NCBI GenBank assembly: GCA_041492755.1
Contig: JBGPXN010000086.1
Span: 1 to 18,529, forward strand
DNA: 18,529 nt
Direction of reading: 5' to 3'
From: Candidatus Methylomirabilia bacterium
GTDB lineage: Bacteria > Methylomirabilota > Methylomirabilia > Rokubacteriales > CSP1-6
Shown: piece by piece, positions 7,975-14,595 of the stretch
Layout: the number at the start of each line of letters is the position of its first letter
How positions within the stretch are numbered: position 1 is the first letter of the stretch
The notes under the pieces: model-generated
The model's input: the letters and a program-made list of their open reading frames with translations, nothing else
Told to the model about the DNA's origin: nothing
The model's database searches: none
Program-made: the position numbers and the translations under genes

Positions 7975-8985
7975 TCAGCTCCCGCACTCCTTGATGGCCT
8001 TCATGGCCAGGTCGACCGACCTGGCGCCGACCCGCTCGCGGATCTTGTCGTAGACGGGGCGGGCGGCCTCGCGGAACTTGGCCAGCTCCTGCTTCGAGAG
8101 CTCGTCGTACTTCATGCCGCCCTTGATGAGCTTGCCCAGGGCCTCGTTGTTCTCCCGCTCGGCCAGGGCGCGCTGGTACGCCACGGCGGCGAACATCGCC
8201 TCCCGCACGGCCTTCTGATGCTCCGGTTTCAGCCCGTCGAAGGTCGGCTTGTGCATGAAATACGTGACCCAGTCGTAAAAGTGGCCGCTGTTCGAGAGGT
8301 ACTTCTGCACCTCGTGGAATTTGCGCACCCACATGTTGTCGTACGGGTTCTCCTGCCCATCGACGACGCCTTGCTGCAGCGCCTGGTACAGCTCCTTGAT
8401 GTCGATGGGCGTCGGGTTCGCGCCCACCGCCCGGAACGTCAGCGAGAACACCTCACCGGACGGTGTCCGGATCTTCAGGCCCTTGAGGTCGTCGACCTTC
8501 TTGATCGGCCGCTTGTTGTTGGTGATGTGACGGAAGCCGTTGGAGCCCCAGCCCAGGACGAGGACGCCTTTCTCCGCGGACTTCTCCGCGAGGTACGTGC
8601 CGAGCTCCGAGTCGATGATGCAGAAGGCCTGGGCCGCGGTGTTCGCGGCGAAGGGCAGGGTGGCCGCGTTGAACTCGGGGACGAGCCGGTCGTAGAAGCT
8701 CGGCCCGGCCCACGCCATGTGGACCTGACCGGTGCGGACCTGATCGACCTGCTCGAAGGCGCCGCCGAGCGTGTTGCCGGGAAAGAGCTCGACGGCGAGG
8801 GCGCCGTTCGTGCGCCGGGCCAGCTCGGACTTGAAGACTTCCATCGCCATGCTGCCGGTGTGACCGGCCGGGAAGGATCCGCTGGCGCGCAGCTTGACCT
8901 CTTGCGCCGCCGCCGGGTGGCCGGCAATCAGCAGCATGCTCACAGCAACGGCAACGGCCAACGTTCCAAGGCGAAGGCACCTCAT
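7975..8985 (-). CDS. dctP: TRAP transporter substrate-binding protein (DctP family)
   Basis: Signal peptide ending AAA-Q; NGFRHITN; DLKGLKIR (conserved carboxylate-binding Arg); ELYQALQQGVVDGQENP; AGGAGG RBS. Confidence 0.95.
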   Translation of the reverse strand: MRCLRLGTLAVAVAVSMLLIAGHPAAAQEVKLRASGSFPAGHTGSMAMEVFKSELARRTNGALAVELFPGNTLGGAFEQVDQVRTGQVHMAWAGPSFYDRLVPEFNAATLPFAANTAAQAFCIIDSELGTYLAEKSAEKGVLVLGWGSNGFRHITNNKRPIKKVDDLKGLKIRTPSGEVFSLTFRAVGANPTPIDIKELYQALQQGVVDGQENPYDNMWVRKFHEVQKYLSNSGHFYDWVTYFMHKPTFDGLKPEHQKAVREAMFAAVAYQRALAERENNEALGKLIKGGMKYDELSKQELAKFREAARPVYDKIRERVGARSVDLAMKAIKECGS

Positions 8986-9059
8986 TCGTCGATCCTCCTG
9001 CGCACCGGATCCGGGAGTGGTGAAGCTGAACGTTCCTCGCCGTCTTCACGCGCCGACGC

Positions 9060-10055
9060 TTACGGCTGCGGTTCCCAGGGCGCCTGCCAGAAGCGAATCC
9101 CGTCACCGACCTTCTTCCACTCGCCGGCCGGCCGGGCCTCGAGCGACTTCCCGAACGCGGTGCCGGGCGGCGGGATGAGGTTCTGCCCGACCGTCCCCGG
9201 GAAATGCTGCGCGACTTCTTCCGGACTCAGGCGCCGATCGGCCTCGATTCGACGGAGCGGCACGGGCGGCACCATCACCGTGTAGCCGTAGCCGAACGAG
9301 TGGAAGACCTGGCCATTGACGTGGCGGGCGGCGTCGGAGGCGAGGTACACGACGAGCGGCGCGACGTTGTCCGGATCGCGCTCGGTGCCCGCGGCCGCCT
9401 CGCTGGGCCACTTGCCGGTCTCCTCGAAGAACTGCCGGCCGCGCGGGGTGGAGTCGATCATCCGCGTGGCGCCGCTCGGCATGACGGCGTTGGCGGTCAC
9501 CCCGTACTTCGCCATCGCGTTCGCGGTGGACCACATGAGGCCGATGATGCCGGCCTTGCCGGCGGCGTAGTTCGGCTGACCGGGCGCGCCGAGCGCGGAC
9601 ACCGACGACATGGAGACGATGCGACCGAACTTCTGCTCGCGCATGTGCACCGAGGCGGCCCGCGTGCAGTAGAAGGTGCCGTCGAGGTGCACGCTCAGCA
9701 CCGCGGCCCATTCCTCCTTGCTCATGTTGAAGATCATCCGGTCGCGCAGGATGCCGGCCACGTTCACGAGGACGTCGATGCGGCCCCACAGCCGCACGGC
9801 CTGATCGACCATCGCGTGCGCCTGGTCCCAGTCCGCCACCGAGCCGTGGTTGGCGGCGGCGACCCCGCCCGCCTTGACGATCTCGTCCACGACCCGGTCG
9901 GCGGGGCTGCGGTCGATGCCGGCGCCGTCCAGTCCCGCGCCGAGATCGTTCACCACTACCTTGGCGCCCGCGTGAGCGAGCGCGAGCGCGATGCCGCGGC
10001 CGATGCCGCGACCCGCCCCGGTGACCAGCGCCGTCTTACCGTCGAGCATGCCCAC
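9060..10055 (-). CDS. SDR oxidoreductase of the MFE-2/HSD17B4 (3-hydroxyacyl-CoA dehydrogenase-like) subgroup
   Basis: TGAGRGIG, VVVNDLG, VAGILRDRMIFNMS, GQPNYAAGKAGI, APLVVYLAS. Start GTG 10055 or ATG 10049. Confidence 0.9.
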   Translation of the reverse strand: MGMLDGKTALVTGAGRGIGRGIALALAHAGAKVVVNDLGAGLDGAGIDRSPADRVVDEIVKAGGVAAANHGSVADWDQAHAMVDQAVRLWGRIDVLVNVAGILRDRMIFNMSKEEWAAVLSVHLDGTFYCTRAASVHMREQKFGRIVSMSSVSALGAPGQPNYAAGKAGIIGLMWSTANAMAKYGVTANAVMPSGATRMIDSTPRGRQFFEETGKWPSEAAAGTERDPDNVAPLVVYLASDAARHVNGQVFHSFGYGYTVMVPPVPLRRIEADRRLSPEEVAQHFPGTVGQNLIPPPGTAFGKSLEARPAGEWKKVGDGIRFWQAPWEPQP

Positions 10056-10112
10056 TGTGTCGTCTCCTCTCGTCAGGCTGCGAGCCGTGCGGATCGCGCC
10101 ATCGCCGGTGAC

Positions 10113-10619
10113 TCAGCCCGGCAGGCGCCAGACCCGGCCCACCGCCGGCTCGTCGGACAGCGTGAACTGCGGTAGGGCCAGGTGATCGGCCAGGTCGTGG
10201 AACGTCACCCGGACCCGCTTGCCGATGGCGACGTTGTCGTCCGCCTCCGCCGCGCCATCGGCCTTCACGAGGTTCGCCACCAGCCGCAGCCCCTCGTCGG
10301 GCGTCGGTTGGCCGCGCTGCTCGTCGAGCTCCACCAGCACCACCGGGTACGGCGCCCACTCCTTGAAGCCCGGCTGGATCGCGTGCACGACGATCTCGTA
10401 CGAGTAAATCGTCCCCCGCCCGCTCACGTCCTTCCACGTCCACCCCAGATCCATGCACCACGGGCACGCATGCGTGGGCGGATAGCGCATGAGCCCACAC
10501 GCGTTGCACGCGCGCATCACCAGCTTGTGCTGCCGCGCGTGCCCATAGAACTCGATCCACTCGGTGTCGTTGTCGGGAACAACCAACGACATGCCGCGAT
10601 ACGTTACCGGTGCGGGCAC
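10113..10619 (-). CDS. DUF35 family Zn-ribbon/OB-fold protein (acyl-CoA-binding thiolase/aldolase partner, ChsH2 C-terminal-like)
   Basis: CNAC...YPP...CPWC zinc ribbon, SGRGTIYSY, PYPVVLVELDE, IGKRVRVTF; GTG start with GGAGG RBS; adjacent to the thiolase-fold gene. Confidence 0.92.
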   Translation of the reverse strand: MPAPVTYRGMSLVVPDNDTEWIEFYGHARQHKLVMRACNACGLMRYPPTHACPWCMDLGWTWKDVSGRGTIYSYEIVVHAIQPGFKEWAPYPVVLVELDEQRGQPTPDEGLRLVANLVKADGAAEADDNVAIGKRVRVTFHDLADHLALPQFTLSDEPAVGRVWRLPG

Positions 10620-10634
10620 GTCAGCCCTCCTAGG

Positions 10635-10757
10635 AAGAGCGCTGATAAGGGCCCATCTACTTCGTTGGCTCCGTCGCTCCTCGCTGCGGCGTACTCGGAG
10701 TACGCCTCACTCGTCGCTTCGTCGCCGCCTCGTATCTGGACCCTTCTCATCGCTCTT
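10635..10757 (-). mobile_element. 123-bp MITE/REPIN-like non-coding palindromic element
   Basis: 26-bp terminal inverted repeats (10635-10660 / 10732-10757, 21/26 matches), central hairpin GGCGTACT-CGG-AGTACGCC (10688-10706), intergenic position inside an operon, related partial copy at 74-118. Mobility itself is inferred; no clear target-site duplication. Confidence 0.6.
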
Positions 10758-10766
10758 ATTGCGAAC

Positions 10767-11981
10767 TCAGCGATGCAGGATGAGCGCTGATCCGGTGGCC
10801 GGCATCGCCCAACCGAGATTCATCGTGATGTTGGCGTCCTTGACCTGGCGGCAGCGGCCGGGGGTGTAGTCGTACGTGTGGATGCCCTCGGCGGCCTTCG
10901 GGCAGTAGTCGTCGATGGTGCCGCGGAGCTGGCGGACGTTCTCGATGACCATGGCCATGCCGTGGGTGTAGCCCTCGCAGAGGTGGCCGCCCGACGTGTT
11001 GTTGGGGCGCTTGCCGCCGAGGTTGATGATCCCGCTCGACACGTACTGCCCGCCCTCACCCTTCTTGCAGAAGCCGTACTCCTCCAGCTGCAGCATGGTG
11101 GTGAAGGTGAAGGCGTCGTAGGAGCCGGTGGCGTCGACGTCCTCCGGCGTGATCCCGGCCTGGCCGAACACGATGTCCTTCGCGTAGTAGCCGGCCACTC
11201 GCGTGATCGGGCCGTGGGCCCAGTGGAAGTCCAGGCGGGGCTTGGAGACGCGGCCGGCCACCCCCATGACGTAGGTCGGCCGCGGCTTGAGATCGCGCGC
11301 GCGCTCCGCCGACGTGACGATCACGCAGGTGGCGTTGTCGGTCTCCAGGCAGCAGTCGAGCAGATGCAGCGGCTTGACGATCCACCGGGACTTCACCACG
11401 TCCTCGACGGTGACCGGATCCTGGAGCAGCGCCTTCGGATTCGAGGCCGCGTGCCGGCTGTGAGCGACCTTGACGTGGGCGACCTGCTCGGACGTCGTCC
11501 CGTACTCGTACATGTGGCGCATGAACGTGAGCGCGAAGTTCTGGCCGGCGCTCGTCATGCCGAAGGGGCGCTGCGCCAGGTCCAGGCCGCGCACGGGCGC
11601 GGCCGCGCGCACGCCGGTGCCGCCGATCCGGAATTCCGAGTAGCCGTTCATCGACCGGAAGATCGCCACCGTGCGGCACATGCCGGCCTCGATCGCCCCC
11701 ATGGCGAGGCCGATGAGGGCCTCGGTCGAGGAGCCGCCGCCCACCACGTCCATGTAAAAGTTGAGGCGAATGCCGAGGTCCGACGCGACCCAGTTGGACA
11801 GGGTCGAGTCGTTGTTCTGGTAGCTCATCATCCCGTCCACGTCGCCGGCGGTGAGGCCGGCGTCGAGGATCGCGCTGCGGATCGCCTCCACCGCCATGGC
11901 GCGCGTGGTGCGCTTCGAGTGACGCGAGTATTCGGTCTCGCCCACGCCGACGATGCCGTACTTGTCCCGGAGGTGGCTCAT
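10767..11981 (-). CDS. Thiolase-superfamily protein, SCP2/Ltp2 type (probable retro-aldolase)
   Basis: IVGVGET; VVGGGSS where thiolases have CxS; PLHLLDCCLETD; YDAFT; NTSGGHLCEGYTHG; VRQLRG. Start ATG 11981 with AAGGAG RBS (track extension to 12110 unlikely). Confidence 0.88.
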   Translation of the reverse strand: MSHLRDKYGIVGVGETEYSRHSKRTTRAMAVEAIRSAILDAGLTAGDVDGMMSYQNNDSTLSNWVASDLGIRLNFYMDVVGGGSSTEALIGLAMGAIEAGMCRTVAIFRSMNGYSEFRIGGTGVRAAAPVRGLDLAQRPFGMTSAGQNFALTFMRHMYEYGTTSEQVAHVKVAHSRHAASNPKALLQDPVTVEDVVKSRWIVKPLHLLDCCLETDNATCVIVTSAERARDLKPRPTYVMGVAGRVSKPRLDFHWAHGPITRVAGYYAKDIVFGQAGITPEDVDATGSYDAFTFTTMLQLEEYGFCKKGEGGQYVSSGIINLGGKRPNNTSGGHLCEGYTHGMAMVIENVRQLRGTIDDYCPKAAEGIHTYDYTPGRCRQVKDANITMNLGWAMPATGSALILHR

Positions 11982-12022
11982 CGAGGCTCCTTCGTGCTCG
12001 CGTCTCGTCGCGGAACCCGCCG

Positions 12023-12031
12023 AGAGTAACA
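12023..12031 (-). promoter_or_regulatory. Possible extended -10 promoter for the catabolic operon
   Basis: Minus strand TG-T-TACTCT (TGnTAnnnT) in the 88-nt gap, about 40 nt upstream of ATG 11981; no recognisable -35. Confidence 0.35.
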
Positions 12032-12069
12032 CGTCACGGGAGCGCCGCGCCGGCGGCGGCGAGGGGCGG

Positions 12070-12891
12070 TTACGGCCCCCGGAGGTCTCGGGCCCGCAGG
12101 CCCGTATCATGGCGGAGCGGGCTCCGTTCCCCGCGATCGCGGGGCGGCCGTGCCGCGGGGCGGGATGCCGGATCGATCTCTTCGACGACCGCGTATCGGA
12201 GCCGGCGGTGCTGCATCCAGCGGACGACGAGGAGGTCGGTGAACGCGCGCAGGGCGCGGTTGCGCACGCCGAACTTGGACCGGCCGAAGCGCCGGGGACG
12301 ATGGTTGACGGGGACCTCGACCACGCGATAGCCGGCCAGTCGCAGGAGGGTGGGCACGAAGCGGTGCATCCCGGTGTAGGGCGGGATCGCCTGCAGACAC
12401 TCGCGCCGTATCGCGCGCAGACTGCAGGCGCTGTCGCTCACCCGATCGCCAGTGACCCGGTCTCGAATCCGGTTGGCCACCCGCGAGGAGATGCGCCTGA
12501 GCCACGAGTCACGGCGGATCCGCCGCCAGCCGACGGCCGCGTCGGCGCCTTCGAGCGCGGCCAGCAGCGTGGCGATGTCATGGGGATCGTTCTGGAGATC
12601 GCTGTCCATGGTGACGACGATCCGACCGCGCGCCGCCGCGAAGCCCGCGAAGAAGGCCGCGCTCAGGCCGGCGTTGGAGTGGAAGCGAATCAGCCGGATC
12701 CGCGCGTCCCGTTCGGCGAGATCGCGGATGATCGAGGCGCTCCCGTCGCGCGAGCCGTCGTCGACGAAGATGACCTCGGCGCTCTGTCCGAGGGACGCCA
12801 GCGCATCGGCCACTTCCCGCCAGAGCTGGGGCAGGCTCTCGGCTTCCTCGAAGACCGGCAGGACGATCGAGAGCTCGGGGGGCGGGCTCAG
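12070..12891 (-). CDS. GT2 polyprenol-phosphate glycosyltransferase (ArnC/DPM1-like)
   Basis: ELSIVLPVFEEAESL, FVDDGSRDGS, N.GLSAA, MDSDLQNDP.DI, GMHRFVP, PRRFGRSKFG. The conserved N-terminus lies upstream of the track start (12813); likely start is CTG at 12891, overlapping the upstream TGA. Confidence 0.88.
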   Translation of the reverse strand: MSPPPELSIVLPVFEEAESLPQLWREVADALASLGQSAEVIFVDDGSRDGSASIIRDLAERDARIRLIRFHSNAGLSAAFFAGFAAARGRIVVTMDSDLQNDPHDIATLLAALEGADAAVGWRRIRRDSWLRRISSRVANRIRDRVTGDRVSDSACSLRAIRRECLQAIPPYTGMHRFVPTLLRLAGYRVVEVPVNHRPRRFGRSKFGVRNRALRAFTDLLVVRWMQHRRLRYAVVEEIDPASRPAARPPRDRGERSPLRHDTGLRARDLRGP

Positions 12892-14492
12892 GGTTGGTGC
12901 CTTCCGAGGACGACCATCTCACGTTCCGCGACCGAGGCCGTCGTCAGTACGCGCCAGGACGGCCCAACGCCGGGAGCCAGGAGGTTCCAGCGTTCTCGCG
13001 TCGTGATCACGACGTTCGCGGACGAATCGGCCATTCGGCTCGCCAACACCTCGGGTGATGCGATTTCCGTCACCGGCCGGCGCAGATAGAAGTCGTAGGA
13101 GAGTCGGATCTCGGGATGCGCGATGACCGACCCTCCCGGCGGCGTATGGGACGCCGCCGCTGACGCCAGCGCCCGGACATCGTACGCTCGCGCATATCGC
13201 ACGGGGTAGGTGATTCCCTCGATCATGAAGATCCCGCCGAGGGCCAGGCCGAACGTGACCGCTCCCACCATGAACGCGTTCCGGCGCGCGGCGACGACGA
13301 GGACCACGCCGGCCGCCATGGCGAGCGCGGCGATCGCCGCGGTCTCCCACCACGCGTCCGGCACGTAGGCCTGCTTCTCGCCCTCGGCGGCGAGACGCAG
13401 GAGCGGCGACGTGACCACGATGGCCACCGCCATCGCGAGCACGCCCGTGGCCATGGTCGCCCGGCGCAGGAGGCGCCGCGCGCCGTCGAGGGGGGCGACG
13501 GTCAGGAACTCCGCGGTGAGGAGCGCGAGCCCGGGGTAGATCGGGAGCAGGTAGCGCGACCGAAACGTGCCGGACATCCCGATCACGAGCCACAGCGTCA
13601 GCGTCCACAGGCCGACCCGGCGTCGTCCCGGATCCGGCGCGCGGCGCCACCAGAGGGCGGCGGCGCCCAGCCAGAGGATCCACGGCAGGAAATCCGGGAG
13701 GGCCGAGAGCATATTGCCGACGCGGGCGAGGATGCCGCCGCGGAAGAACCAGGTCAGATAGTGGCCGCGCAACACCTGACCGGCGAAGGCCCCCCGCGAA
13801 TGCGTGTAGTAGGGGACGAGCCAGATCAGCGCCACCGCCGCGAGGATCGCGAGGCCCGGCCCGGACGCGAGCTTGCGAAGGGCCAGGCGACCGTCGGTCA
13901 GCGCCACCGCGACGGCGGCCGCGGGCAGCGCGGCCAGCGCGGGCGGGCCCTTGGTCAGGACGCCGCCGGCGATGCAGGCGTAGAACGCGGTGAGCGGCCC
14001 CGACGCCCAATCGGCCCGCTGCGCGCGGAGGAGCCAGTAGAGCGCCCACACCAGCCAGGCATTGAGCATCACGTCGGGCAACACCTGATGACCGATCTCG
14101 AACTGACACAGCGTCGTGATCAGCATGAGCCCGGCGAGCGCCCCGGCGCGCCCGCCCCACAGGAGATTGCCGATCGCGATCACCCCGGCGATGCCCACGA
14201 GTGCGGAGATCACGGCCGGGATGGCCGCCGTGAATTCGGTCACCCGCCCGGCCGGCATCGACGCGAGCGCGATGCTCCAGAAGAAGAGCTGCGGCTTGTT
14301 CATGTACGGCCGGCCGCGCAGATCGGGAACGAGCCAGCGGCCGTGCTCGAGGACGTCCTGACCGAGCAACGCTTGCCGTGCTTCGTCAGAGGACCAGATC
14401 GGGCGCCGGCCGGCCGGAATCAAAAGGATCACGGCCGCGAGCGCCAGCACGCCGAGAGCGCATGCCGCGGCTCGCCTCTGCGCATCCGACAT
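12888..14492 (-). CDS. ArnT-like membrane glycosyltransferase (GT-C fold, GT83/PMT_2)
   Basis: WSSDEARQA, WLVP...PYMNKPQLFFW, PDVML, LTKGP, RYLLPIYP; many TM helices. Start ATG 14492 preferred; GTG 14570 possible. Confidence 0.85.
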   Translation of the reverse strand: MSDAQRRAAACALGVLALAAVILLIPAGRRPIWSSDEARQALLGQDVLEHGRWLVPDLRGRPYMNKPQLFFWSIALASMPAGRVTEFTAAIPAVISALVGIAGVIAIGNLLWGGRAGALAGLMLITTLCQFEIGHQVLPDVMLNAWLVWALYWLLRAQRADWASGPLTAFYACIAGGVLTKGPPALAALPAAAVAVALTDGRLALRKLASGPGLAILAAVALIWLVPYYTHSRGAFAGQVLRGHYLTWFFRGGILARVGNMLSALPDFLPWILWLGAAALWWRRAPDPGRRRVGLWTLTLWLVIGMSGTFRSRYLLPIYPGLALLTAEFLTVAPLDGARRLLRRATMATGVLAMAVAIVVTSPLLRLAAEGEKQAYVPDAWWETAAIAALAMAAGVVLVVAARRNAFMVGAVTFGLALGGIFMIEGITYPVRYARAYDVRALASAAASHTPPGGSVIAHPEIRLSYDFYLRRPVTEIASPEVLASRMADSSANVVITTRERWNLLAPGVGPSWRVLTTASVAEREMVVLGRHQP

Positions 14493-14500
14493 GACGCCTG

Positions 14501-14506
14501 AGTGTA
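14501..14506 (-). promoter_or_regulatory. Possible -10 element giving a leaderless transcript for the ArnT-like gene
   Basis: TACACT 8 nt before ATG 14492; no SD next to that ATG and no clear -35. Confidence 0.35.
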
Positions 14507-14595
14507 GCGCGGACACCGCCGCCCTCCGCGCCTCTCTTCCGCCCTCCGCCTCACCCCGACGCCACGTCACGAGCGACAGCCCGCGTCGGCGCCCC

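Noticed and set aside
10635..10757. CRISPR repeat, tRNA, riboswitch, attC site or intrinsic terminator reading of the palindromic element
   Set aside because: No spaced direct repeats, cloverleaf or recognisable aptamer; no RYYYAAC/GTTRRRY ends or integrase; no U-tract.
10564..10869. Small + strand ORFs spanning the palindromic element
   Set aside because: Antisense to two real genes, with no RBS or motif; the element is better explained as non-coding.
12043..12058. 6-bp GC hairpin after the GT2 stop as a terminator
   Set aside because: Short, no U-run, and expected by chance at this GC content.
11982..12110. Longer start for the thiolase-fold gene
   Set aside because: Overlaps the GT2 3' end and is non-conserved in character; ATG 11981 has a clear SD.
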